64,000 nt of DNA. Source: Dehalococcoidia bacterium. GTDB lineage: Bacteria > Chloroflexota > Dehalococcoidia > Bin125. Below the pieces are notes generated by a model that was not told where the DNA came from, made no database searches, and was given only the letters and a program-made list of their open reading frames with translations. Of this stretch, positions 21,938 through 30,863 are shown one piece after another. The stretch lies in assembly GCA_963422755.1 (NCBI GenBank), contig OY730488.1; one strand, written 5' to 3'. The position numbers were made by a program, and so were the translations under genes. Position 1 is the first letter of the stretch, and each line of letters starts with the position of its first letter.

Positions 21938-22863
21938 CCCGTCTCGGCGCGGATGGCGTCGTGCAGCTGACCGAGCTGATCGATCATGGCGTCAATCGAA
22001 CGGGCCCCGGCGACGAAAACGCCAGTCACATTGACGGCGGCCCAACCGAAGCCGGCTGCCTGCGCGGCGGCGGCGGTCGCGGCGACGTCAGCCGTGCGCG
22101 CCCAGTATTCGCGCGTCGACGGATCGCCAGCGCGAGGCGGCGTGGCCAGCTGGCACTGGAACTCGATCTCCGCCGAGTCGCGGCCGATCCGCTCCGCTTC
22201 CTCGCGGATCGCAGTGATAGTGGTGACAGCGGCCTCGCCAAGAACGCCCGAGCCCATCCAACCCGCGCCGACCCGGGCTGTACGACGAATCGCCGCATGC
22301 GAGCCGCCCCCGATCCAGATCGGAATCGTGCCTCCGTCGGGATCGGACTGCGGCGGCTTCGGCTCCATCGCCATTGCCGTCGAAGTGAAATGCTCACCGC
22401 TGAAGTCGATGCTCGACTCGCTCCAGCAAGCTTGCATCAAGGCGATCGCTTCGTCCATTGCTGCGCCGCGGGTGTGGAAGTCCATACCCAACGCCTCGTA
22501 CTCCGACTTCTGCCAGCCGACTCCGACGCCAGCGCGGACGCGTCCGCCGGAGAGCGTGTCGAGGGTGGCGAACTGCTTAGCGGCGAGCACCGGCTGGCGC
22601 TGCGGCAAGACGAGCACCTCGGTGCCTAGCCCGACGCGCTCCGTCACGGCGGCGATGAAGCCGAGCGTGACCAGCGCTTCCAGAATCGGCATATTGGCGG
22701 GATACGGCCCCGATTCGCGATCGGGATGCGGATGACCCATGACGACGTGGTCGAAGATGTCAATCTCGTCGTAGCCCAGATCTTCGATCGCCTTGGCCAG
22801 CCGCGCGATCTCAGCTGGACCGTTGCGGTGGATCACGGAAGGGAATTCGACGGTCAGGCGCAT
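21934..22863 (-). CDS. LLM-class (luciferase-like) F420/flavin-dependent oxidoreductase
   Basis: 309 aa, TIM-barrel LLM family (GYDEIDIFDHVVMGHP...GLGTEVLVLPQRQPVLAAKQFATLDTLSGGRVRAGVGVGW). It overlaps the NfeD start by 4 nt. Confidence 0.8.
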   Translation of the reverse strand: MRLTVEFPSVIHRNGPAEIARLAKAIEDLGYDEIDIFDHVVMGHPHPDRESGPYPANMPILEALVTLGFIAAVTERVGLGTEVLVLPQRQPVLAAKQFATLDTLSGGRVRAGVGVGWQKSEYEALGMDFHTRGAAMDEAIALMQACWSESSIDFSGEHFTSTAMAMEPKPPQSDPDGGTIPIWIGGGSHAAIRRTARVGAGWMGSGVLGEAAVTTITAIREEAERIGRDSAEIEFQCQLATPPRAGDPSTREYWARTADVAATAAAAQAAGFGWAAVNVTGVFVAGARSIDAMIDQLGQLHDAIRAETG

Positions 22864-22942
22864 GCGCTGCCTCCTTCGTTTGCCGTTATCCTATCCGCGA
22901 GCCTGAGCGCGCATGCGGCTCAGAACCGATGAGGAGATCGCC

Positions 22943-23155
22943 ATGGCAGAGATCACTATCAATGCAAACGGCCCGATTCTGATTTCGACCGAGGGTCTGT
23001 CGCTGAAGGCCAACGACGGGTCCGAGATTCCGTTGCCGAAAGGCTCGATGGCGGCGCTCTGCCGCTGCGGCACATCGAGCATGAAGCCGTTCTGCGATGG
23101 CTCGCACAAGGCCTGCGGCTTCGAGCACAACCCCTCCACCGCGAGCGGCGACTAA
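22943..23155 (+). CDS. CDGSH-type iron-sulfur domain protein
   Basis: Contains CRCGTSSMKPFCDGSHKACGF, the CDGSH [2Fe-2S] motif. Start is taken as MAEITINANGP; the track ORF begins 30 nt upstream. Confidence 0.7.
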   Translation: MAEITINANGPILISTEGLSLKANDGSEIPLPKGSMAALCRCGTSSMKPFCDGSHKACGFEHNPSTASGD

Positions 23156-23235
23156 GCAAGGCAGACTGCGTCCATACGGGCCCAGGACTCGCTCACGACA
23201 CATCTCCGGACAGTGCGCCTGCGCACGGCGGCCGA

Positions 23236-23263
23236 GCCCGCTCGCGGATCAGTGCGAGCGGGG
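23236..23263 (+). terminator. GC-rich perfect hairpin downstream of the CDGSH gene (terminator-like)
   Basis: GCCCGCTCGC-ggatcagt-GCGAGCGGGC: a 10-bp perfect stem with an 8-nt loop. There is no U-tract, which is common in high-GC genomes. Confidence 0.35.
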
Positions 23264-23324
23264 CGACCTGAGCAGGGCGAACGGCGTGGTCTGACAACCG
23301 CCAGCGCTGGTCGGCTCTAGGCTG

Positions 23325-24554
23325 TTGGGGATGCCTCCCCTCCTGACCCTCAACTGGCTGCACGAATCCGTCATCGGGATCGAGGTCTGGCAGTTCATCG
23401 GCCTCGCCGTGATGGCGATCGTCATCATCGGGCTACGCTTCTTGCTGCTTCGCTTGGCATGGGCGGCGCTACGCCGACGGACCGATCCAGCGCGACACGA
23501 CTTCTGGGAATCCGAGCTGGGCCACGTGGAGCGGCCGCTGCTCGGGCTGATCTCCGCGCTGACACTGGTGATCGGCTTTCCCATTCTCGACTTCGACGGC
23601 GACGTCGAGCGCGTCGTCGGTATCTTCGCGCAGTTCTCGGCGACGGTTGCGGCCGTGCTCGTCGGTTTCCGCCTGGTCGATATCGCCGCTGACTACTGGA
23701 AGCAGGTCGCTGCCGGCACCGACACGAAGTTAGACGATCAGCTGGTACCGCTGGCGCGCACGAGCGGCAAGATCCTGGTCGGCGCCATCGGCGTGGTTTT
23801 CGTACTGCAAAATCTGGATGTCAGCATCACTTCCTTGATCGCTGGTCTCGGCTTGGGCGGACTGGCCGTGGCGCTGGCGGCGCAAGACACGCTCAAGAAC
23901 CTGCTCGGCGGCGCTACGATCCTGGCCGATAAACCGTTTCAGGTCGGCGACTGGGTGATCGTGGACGAGATCGAGGGCACCGTCGAGCAGGTCGGCTTCC
24001 GCTCGACTCGCATCCGCACGTTCGCCGACTCGCAGGTCACCGTACCGAACGCGCGCATGACCGACACCGCGGTCAACAACATGGGCCGCCGCACCTGGCG
24101 TCGCTATTACACCACGGTCGGCATCGCGTACCACACCGACCCCGACCGCATCCAGGCATTCGTCGAGGGCATCCGCGCGATCGTCCGCTCGATGCCGGAG
24201 ATGCGGCACGACTACTACATCGTGGAGTTGCACAGCTTCGGCGATTTTGCGCTCAACATCATGGTCTACACCTTCATCGCCGCCTCCGATTGGAATGAGG
24301 AGCTGCGCACCCGTCACATCTTCAACCTCAACATCATCCGCCTCGCCGACGAGCTGCAGGTGGAGTTCGCCTTCCCCACGCAGACGCTGCACCTGGCCAG
24401 CCGGGTCGACGGCGCACAGCAGATGCCGCCGCTCCGCACGCGCGACGATCTCGCCACGGCGATCGACGACTTCGCCCCACCCGGCAGCGCCGCCCAGCGC
24501 GCGAACGAACCGATCACGCAGGGCTACGACAACGGGGACTACGACAACGGATAG
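23325..24554 (+). CDS. small-conductance mechanosensitive channel (MscS family)
   Basis: N-terminal TM helices followed by the MscS beta domain (FQVGDWVIVDEIEGTVEQVGFRSTRIRTFADSQVTVPN). Confidence 0.85.
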   Translation: MGMPPLLTLNWLHESVIGIEVWQFIGLAVMAIVIIGLRFLLLRLAWAALRRRTDPARHDFWESELGHVERPLLGLISALTLVIGFPILDFDGDVERVVGIFAQFSATVAAVLVGFRLVDIAADYWKQVAAGTDTKLDDQLVPLARTSGKILVGAIGVVFVLQNLDVSITSLIAGLGLGGLAVALAAQDTLKNLLGGATILADKPFQVGDWVIVDEIEGTVEQVGFRSTRIRTFADSQVTVPNARMTDTAVNNMGRRTWRRYYTTVGIAYHTDPDRIQAFVEGIRAIVRSMPEMRHDYYIVELHSFGDFALNIMVYTFIAASDWNEELRTRHIFNLNIIRLADELQVEFAFPTQTLHLASRVDGAQQMPPLRTRDDLATAIDDFAPPGSAAQRANEPITQGYDNGDYDNG

Positions 24555-24563
24555 CGAGCTCCG

Positions 24564-25418
24564 ATGGGCATTCGAATTTCAGGGCTGCAGCTGGGCCACT
24601 TCCCGATCCCGCTCGCGGCTCTCTTCAACACCGCGGACGGTCGCCAGCCAGAACGGTTCGACGGTGACGTGATCGACGGGATGTATCAGTGCCCCGCATT
24701 GTCCTACGTGATTGAGCATCCCGATGCCGGACTGATCCTCTTCGAAACCGGCGTCGCCGCGAGCTGGCCCGATGAATGGCTGCCGGAGTGGTTGCAGTTG
24801 TTGAATCTCGACGCGATCACGCCTGAGGTTTGTCTCGAAGCGGTGCTGCGGGATCGCGGACTGGGGCCTGAAGACTTTTCGCACGTGGTGCAGGGACACC
24901 TGCACGCTGACCACGCCGGCGGGCTGCGGCTGTTCGAGGACGCCGGCGCGAACATCGTGGTGCACGAGGACGAGTGGCGGCATGTGGTCACGCATGTCGC
25001 TCCCTCAGCCGATGGCGCGAGCGATTTCTTTGTCCGCGCCGACTGGAACTTCGTCTCACGCGCGCCGCGCATGCTGATCTACGGCGACCAGGAGATCGCC
25101 AGGGATCTGTGGTGCATCTCGCTGCCCGGCCACACGCCCGGCACGATGGGTCTGCTGGCGCGGCTCGAGCAGACAGGCTGGGTGTTCCTGACTTCGGACG
25201 CGATGTATTTTCACGACACACTCGGTCCACCGCCAGCGACCTCGCCGATCGACATGGACAGCGAGCAATGGACGCGGTCAATCGAGAAGATCGCCGCCAT
25301 CGCCGCCGAGCGCGATGCGTTCCTGCTGCCGGGCCACGACCGCACTGGCGCTCAGTTCGTCGACGGCGTGCGCGGCGCGAAACGCATCGATTTCGCCCCA
25401 GATTCGGTCTACGCGTAG
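24564..25418 (+). CDS. MBL-fold metallo-hydrolase, N-acyl-homoserine-lactonase-like
   Basis: Contains HVVQGHLHADHAGG (HxHxDH). Length and motif spacing resemble AHL-lactonase-like MBL proteins. Confidence 0.65.
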   Translation: MGIRISGLQLGHFPIPLAALFNTADGRQPERFDGDVIDGMYQCPALSYVIEHPDAGLILFETGVAASWPDEWLPEWLQLLNLDAITPEVCLEAVLRDRGLGPEDFSHVVQGHLHADHAGGLRLFEDAGANIVVHEDEWRHVVTHVAPSADGASDFFVRADWNFVSRAPRMLIYGDQEIARDLWCISLPGHTPGTMGLLARLEQTGWVFLTSDAMYFHDTLGPPPATSPIDMDSEQWTRSIEKIAAIAAERDAFLLPGHDRTGAQFVDGVRGAKRIDFAPDSVYA

Positions 25419-25481
25419 CGGCGTTTATCCTCGCCTTACCGCTGTACCTCTGCGCCATTCACCAACAGCAGTTAGGAGCCC

Positions 25482-26459
25482 GTGATGAAGAACATGCGCA
25501 TCGGCGTCCACATTGCGTTGCAGAACATCCAGATGATGAACGCACCGACGCTGATCGACGGGATCGTCGCGGCGGACCGCGACGGACTCGACACCGCCTG
25601 GTTGACGGTCGGTGGCCCCGCGCCCGACCCATTTGCGGTGTTCGTCGGCGCCGCGCTATCCGGCGCGGAGCGGATCACCTTCGGCACCTCGATCGTGCCC
25701 ACGTATCCGCGCCATCCGATCTCAATGGCGCAGGGTGCGGCGACCGTCGATCAGATCGCGCCCGGGCGGATGATCCTCGGCCTGGGGCCGTCGCACCAGC
25801 CGGCGATTGAGGGCACCTGGGGCATCCCGTTCCACAAGCCGCTCTCGCACCTGCGCGAATATGTGACCATCTGCCGCGCGCTGCTCGAGAGCGGCGAAGT
25901 GAACCACGAAGGCGAGCTGATCACAGCCCGCGCCGCGCTGCCCGGCGGTCCGACGCAGGTCAGCACGATGATCTCCGCGCTGCGGCAGCGCGCCTGGTCC
26001 TTATCGGGTGAGATCACCGCCGGCGGCATCTCCTGGATGACGCCGCTGCCCTACATTCGCGATGTCGCGCTGCCCGCGCAGCAGGCCGGCGCTGATCACG
26101 CGGGTCGCGACCGTCCGGCGATGGTCGTGCACACGCCGATCATTCTCAGCCAGGACCAGGACGCGATTCACTCGGCTGCGCGCCGACAGTTTGGCTTCTA
26201 CCAGCGGCTGCCCTACTACTCGCAGATGCTGCAAGACGCCGGCTACGACGAAGCTGCTGGCCGTGACTTCAGCGACCGCATGGCCGACGCCTTGATCATC
26301 AGCGGCTCTGAGTCTGAGGTCGGCGACCGCGTCCGCTCGTTCCACAATGACTACGGCGTCGACGAGATGCTGGCTGCGATCGTCGTTCTGGAGCAGGACG
26401 CCGAGTCGCACATCGAGCGCACGCGCGCCTTCCTCGGCGAACTCGCCCAAGCCGACTAG
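25482..26459 (+). CDS. LLM-class F420/flavin-dependent oxidoreductase (second copy)
   Basis: 325 aa, luciferase-like TIM-barrel family. Confidence 0.8.
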   Translation: MMKNMRIGVHIALQNIQMMNAPTLIDGIVAADRDGLDTAWLTVGGPAPDPFAVFVGAALSGAERITFGTSIVPTYPRHPISMAQGAATVDQIAPGRMILGLGPSHQPAIEGTWGIPFHKPLSHLREYVTICRALLESGEVNHEGELITARAALPGGPTQVSTMISALRQRAWSLSGEITAGGISWMTPLPYIRDVALPAQQAGADHAGRDRPAMVVHTPIILSQDQDAIHSAARRQFGFYQRLPYYSQMLQDAGYDEAAGRDFSDRMADALIISGSESEVGDRVRSFHNDYGVDEMLAAIVVLEQDAESHIERTRAFLGELAQAD

Positions 26460-26475
26460 TTCGCCGCGTCTCGCG

Positions 26476-27885
26476 TCAGACTGGGTTCCGCCAGCGAGGC
26501 TTCTGCCCTTCCATCAGCACGACGGGCGCGAGGCGGGCGGCGAAGAGCGGACTGACCGCCGGGCTGGGCGCGACACGTGGCTCTGGCTGAGCGCGCTCGT
26601 GCTCCATTGGTTGCGCATCGGGCTGTTGCCCAGCGATCGCGGCAGCGGCTGTGCCCGACTCAGGTGGCAGATGACGCGTCCGCGTCCGTGCGAGCGCCAT
26701 CAGCGCCGTGCCAGCGACGACCACCAGGCCGACGATGTAGAGCGTCTCGCGCCCGCCAATGGCGTCGGCGACCAATCCCCAGACCGGCGCCAGCGCGCCC
26801 TGCAGGCCGAACGCCATGAATGCCCAACTCATCACCCGCCCGAAGTACTCGGGGCGCGTGTTGGTCATCATGATCGACTGGTTGAGCAGCATCACGCTGG
26901 AACGTCCAGCGCCGGCGATCGCTGATACGCCGAGCAGTACGAGGTAGGCGGGCGCCCATGCGGTCAGCCACATCCCGCCCGTGAGCATGAGCGGAGTGAC
27001 GAAGAGCAACGGCCAGGCCAGACGGCCGCTGACGAGTCCAACCAGGAAGAGGTTGACAGGCAGCGAGGCGATCCCCCAGATCAGGTTGACCACGGTCCCT
27101 TCGTTGGGCGAACGGCCGAACTCTTGCTCGAGAATGCCTGGAATCAATGTCTGCATGGCAAAACCGGTGACGATAATCAGCAACCAGAACAACCACAACG
27201 AGCGCAACTGGGGGCGACTGACGATGTAACGCAGCCCGGCCGATAGCTCGACGCGTACCGCCTTGCGCTGATCCTTCGGCGTGGCTGCGCCCGGCGCCTT
27301 GATCATGGTCGTCAGCGGTACCACGACCACGAACAACGCCGCAACCAGCAGGTACAGGATTCCCGAGTTCAAGCCCATCGAGATCACCAGCACCGAAGCC
27401 ATCGCCGGCCCCAAGACCGCCGCAAAGTTGATCGACATTTGCTGCAGCGCGACCGCATTGGGCAGCAAGCGCGGCGGCACCAGTTCAACTACCCAAGCCT
27501 GCCGTGCCGGTCCCATCAGCGAGAACGTCGAGCCCATCAGGAAGGTGGAGGCGAATAACATCGGGATCGTGATCCGGTCGCTCACGATCAGGATGCCCGT
27601 GACGATGATGATCGCGCAGGGGATGATCTGGCTACCGAGCACCAGCGGCTTCTTGCGGTAGCGATCGGCGATCACGCCGCCGAACGGGCCAAAGATCAGC
27701 TGCGCCACCATCCCCGCCTGCGCGAAGCCGGAGGCGGCGTACGAACCAGTGAGCTCATACGCGACGATCGGCACGAGCACGAAGGTCGTCATGAAGGCGG
27801 TCGTTGCCAGCAACGATCCCGCCCAAAGCAAGCGGTACTCGCGAACCGCAAGCGCGGCAAAGGTCACGCTGAGTTGTTGCCCCAT
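26476..27885 (-). CDS. MFS transporter (paralog 1)
   Basis: 469 aa, 12 TM. The N-terminus reads FAALAVREYRLLWAGSLLATTAFMT, and it has a Pro/Ala-rich C-terminal tail. Confidence 0.8.
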   Translation of the reverse strand: MGQQLSVTFAALAVREYRLLWAGSLLATTAFMTTFVLVPIVAYELTGSYAASGFAQAGMVAQLIFGPFGGVIADRYRKKPLVLGSQIIPCAIIIVTGILIVSDRITIPMLFASTFLMGSTFSLMGPARQAWVVELVPPRLLPNAVALQQMSINFAAVLGPAMASVLVISMGLNSGILYLLVAALFVVVVPLTTMIKAPGAATPKDQRKAVRVELSAGLRYIVSRPQLRSLWLFWLLIIVTGFAMQTLIPGILEQEFGRSPNEGTVVNLIWGIASLPVNLFLVGLVSGRLAWPLLFVTPLMLTGGMWLTAWAPAYLVLLGVSAIAGAGRSSVMLLNQSIMMTNTRPEYFGRVMSWAFMAFGLQGALAPVWGLVADAIGGRETLYIVGLVVVAGTALMALARTRTRHLPPESGTAAAAIAGQQPDAQPMEHERAQPEPRVAPSPAVSPLFAARLAPVVLMEGQKPRWRNPV

Positions 27886-27893
27886 GATCGAGC

Positions 27894-29294
27894 CTAATCA
27901 CCGCCTGAAACGGATATCCGACTGGGTTTCTGTCCGCCCATCAGCACGACGGGCGCGACTTGAGCCGTGAAGGCGGGAATCTGCTGTCGGCGCAAGCGCG
28001 GGCTGGATACTCTGGTTCGCTCGGCCTCTTCGTCTGCGGCGGCGGTGCCTCGCTCGGGCGGCAGATGGCGCGTCCGCAGCCAACCGACGGTCATCAACGC
28101 GGTCGCGATCAGGGACACCACGGCGACGACGATCAACGCCTCGCGCCCGCCGAGCCACTCGGCTACGCCGCCCCAGATCGGGGCCATGATCGACTGCATC
28201 CCGTAGCCGAGCATAATGAACGACATCACCCGCCCGAAGTACTCGGCCCGCGAGTTGGTCATCATCAGCGACATGTTGATCAACATCACGCCGGAGGTCG
28301 CGGCGCCCACGGGCAGCGCAAACACGATCAGCAGCTCGAAGCTGGGAGAGATCGCAAACACGATCAGCGTGATCGCCGAGGCCAATCCGAAGACAAGCAG
28401 CAATGGCCAGGCGAAGCGACCGCTCATCAAGCCGGCCAGGGGGATACTAATCAGGACCGAGGCGACACCGAAGGGCAGGAACACGATGAACGCTTCACTG
28501 GCCGCACGGCCAAACTCGCGGTCCATGATCCCCGGCGTGAGCGCGTTCACAGAGAACCCGCAAACGACGATCACCATCCAATACAGCCAGAGCAGCCGCA
28601 GCCGACGATTAGCGCGCAAGTAACTGAAGCCGTGGATCAGATCGCCGAGTGCCGAGCGACGCGGTTGGTCGCCCTCCTGGAGCGGCGGCCTGGTCCAGGG
28701 CAGCGCCGTCGTCAGCGGCACGACGATCAGGAAGAATCCAGCGACCGAGAGATAGAGCGCGCCGGAGGAGACGCCGAAAAAGACGGCGATCGAGCCCAGC
28801 GTGGGGCCAAGCACACGCGCCATGTTCTGGGACATCTGCTGCAGAGCCACGCCGTTGCCCAGCAGGCGGCGCGGGATCAGTTCGCCCAGCCAGGCCTGGC
28901 GAGCCGGACCCATCAGGGCGAAGCCCAGTCCCATCAGCAGGGTGGAGAGGAACAGCAAGGGGATCGTGATCCGATCGGTCACGATCAGCGCGCCCGTGCC
29001 GACGATCAGCAGCGCCGGAAAAATCTGTCCCGCCAGCACGAGCGGTTTCTTGGGGTAGCGGTCAGCGATGACGCCGCCCAGCGGTCCCAGCAAAAACATC
29101 GACAGCCCGCTGCCCATCTGGGCCAGCGTCGAGAGCGCGTAGGAGCCGGTGATCTCGTAGCCCACGATCGGCACGAGCAGGAAGGTGGTCATGAAGGCGG
29201 TCGTGGACAGCAGCGAGCCACCCCAGAGGTAGCGGTAATCGCGGTGCGCGAAGGACTCGAAGGCCCCGCCAACGCGGCTTGGTCGTTGGCTCAT
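27894..29294 (-). CDS. MFS transporter (paralog 2)
   Basis: Clear paralog of 26476-27885 (FAHRDYRYLWGGSLLSTTAFMT). The start may be the upstream ATG at 29348. Confidence 0.8.
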   Translation of the reverse strand: MSQRPSRVGGAFESFAHRDYRYLWGGSLLSTTAFMTTFLLVPIVGYEITGSYALSTLAQMGSGLSMFLLGPLGGVIADRYPKKPLVLAGQIFPALLIVGTGALIVTDRITIPLLFLSTLLMGLGFALMGPARQAWLGELIPRRLLGNGVALQQMSQNMARVLGPTLGSIAVFFGVSSGALYLSVAGFFLIVVPLTTALPWTRPPLQEGDQPRRSALGDLIHGFSYLRANRRLRLLWLYWMVIVVCGFSVNALTPGIMDREFGRAASEAFIVFLPFGVASVLISIPLAGLMSGRFAWPLLLVFGLASAITLIVFAISPSFELLIVFALPVGAATSGVMLINMSLMMTNSRAEYFGRVMSFIMLGYGMQSIMAPIWGGVAEWLGGREALIVVAVVSLIATALMTVGWLRTRHLPPERGTAAADEEAERTRVSSPRLRRQQIPAFTAQVAPVVLMGGQKPSRISVSGGD

Positions 29295-29620
29295 GTGCGC
29301 TGCTCTGTATGCCCGTCCCAAGTTGCCACTTTGGGGTCGACTCGCCAAATCGTCATTGCAAGGTCTCAGCCTAAGCCATGCCCTGAGCGGCTCTGTCGCC
29401 TCTCCTGCGTCCTTCTGGCGAAGGCAGGCGACTCGAGTGATGTCTGGACCTGACCAGATAACCGATTCAGGACACCGCTCAATAGAAGACCCTGGCTTCC
29501 TTCCTCAAGATTGATGGTTATGTTCGCTCGCATTGCGCTAGTGCCTCGCATCTGTGTAAAGTTCCTGCTACTGGACGAAAGGAGATAATCGAATGAAACT
29601 AACCGTCCAGGTTACAATTT

Positions 29621-29656
29621 TGGCGGCGCTTGGCGGCGCTTGGCGGCGCTTGGCGC
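29621..29656. repeat. short tandem repeat: (TGGCGGCGCT) x3 followed by a partial fourth copy (TGGCGC)
   Basis: Three perfect 10-mer copies read directly from the sequence, inside the AT-rich scar region. Confidence 0.7.
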
Positions 29657-30263
29657 AATAGGCATTGCCTGCGGATTCGCTCTTGTAGAACCGGCTCCGA
29701 TCTCGAGCCATCCGCAAGAGGAATGCTTTTCTGTTTTCTCGCTTCCGACGATTCGTGGGGGCAACATTCTTAGCGAAGAGTGTCGTAGCGTTCCTCACAC
29801 CCACCAAAAGGTGGCCACACCTAGAAGCTCGGACCCGAATGGTCTCGATGGTGGTGGACATGGAAGCCGTGATTCTGGCATGCGCTCGCCGGCTTCTGCG
29901 CCTTCTCCGAAATCAACTCCGCGAGACGGCCCAGGTACGCACAGGCATGCGCCAAAGCAGCCGAAACACTCACACCAAACGCCGCAATTCCTATCGTCTA
30001 ATCCACCACTTTGTGGACTACATGGACTAGCCAACTGCGAGGCGGCCCATCAGATCACCAAGGGAGCGCTCATACTTCTTGCAGACAAGCAGGGCGACCA
30101 CGTAGAGGCTGACAAGAGCGGAAACATCTGGATTCACAAGCACAAAAGATGACTAGCAATGTAGTCAGTTCAAGCAGAGAAACATTCAGGTAGCGCGTGG
30201 AACAACCACGTGGCTAGTAGCATGGCGTCCAAGATATGTGAAATAGTCCCTCTCCGCATTTAT

Positions 30264-30302
30264 CAGCTCCCTTCCTCCCGTAACGGTAGGAAGGGAGCTG
30301 AT
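30264..30302. repeat. perfect 13-bp inverted repeat (hairpin) with an internally palindromic 13-nt loop
   Basis: TCAGCTCCCTTCC-tcccgtaacggta-GGAAGGGAGCTGA. It sits about 75 bp beyond the truncation point of the MFS fragment, inside the lower-GC segment. Confidence 0.6.
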
Positions 30303-30376
30303 GGTTAACCTTATCGATAACTATAAACTAGCCGCCATCGCGAGGACGCTGTGGAACCTGACTTCAGCAGCCTTCG

Positions 30377-30685
30377 CTAGCCCAGCGGCTTCTTGCGGTA
30401 GCGGTCGGCGATCACGCCGCCGATCGGCCCCAACAGCGTCTGCGAGACGCCAGAACCCAGCATCGCGATCCCGGCCGCTGCGTAGCTGCCGGTCAGCTCG
30501 TAGGCAACCGAGGGAATCAGCGAGAACGACGTCATGAACGCAGTCACCGAGAGCAGCGAGCCGCCCCACATGAAGCGGAAGTCGCGCACGGCGAACGCCG
30601 CGAACGTCTGTCTCAGTTGTCGCATGCCCGTCGGCTCACTCACACCGCTACCGCAACGCCGTCGAGCACGTAGGCTAGGACGCAT
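30377..30685 (-). pseudogene. truncated MFS transporter (N-terminal 102 codons only), a third paralog
   Basis: FAAFAVRDFRFMWGGSLLSVTAFMT...ADRYRKKPL matches the N-termini of the two intact MFS paralogs, and the rest of the gene is absent. Confidence 0.6.
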
Positions 30686-30863
30686 GAACTATTCGCGCTA
30701 CACGAAATAACTGCCCGCCCATGGACGGCGGCCACCAACCGCTCGCTCTGTCGCGTAGCGCTCAGAGCGCGGAGTCGCTATCCTGTTTGGGGTTCACACG
30801 CGCTGCTACCCCGTACGTGTGCGCCGACAGCAGGCAAGACCAACTGGAAAAGGAAGTGATCCC

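Noticed and set aside
22913-22942. upstream extension of the CDGSH ORF (MRLRTDEEIA)
   Set aside because: The extension is possible, but the ATG at 22943 gives a cleaner N-terminus. This is a start-site ambiguity only.
23097-23584. small overlapping ORFs around the CDGSH-MscS intergenic region
   Set aside because: They overlap a perfect terminator-like hairpin and the MscS 5' region. Their composition is Arg-rich and they are not credible genes.
27960-29453. 497-aa plus-strand ORF
   Set aside because: Antisense to MFS paralog 2; Arg/Gln/His/Asp-rich with no family signature.
29795-30034. 79-aa minus-strand ORF with a Cys-rich stretch (CGVWCECFGCFGACLCVPG)
   Set aside because: It is intriguing, since it resembles a Cys-rich peptide. 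However GC3 is only about 44%, there is no RBS, the rest of the ORF is Pro/Ser low-complexity, and it overlaps other equally weak ORFs. I treat it as chance unless expression data say otherwise.
29640-30152. 170-aa plus-strand ORF in the AT-rich scar
   Set aside because: Pro/Ser/His/Gly-rich low-complexity product. It has no RBS or family features and low GC3, and is probably non-coding.
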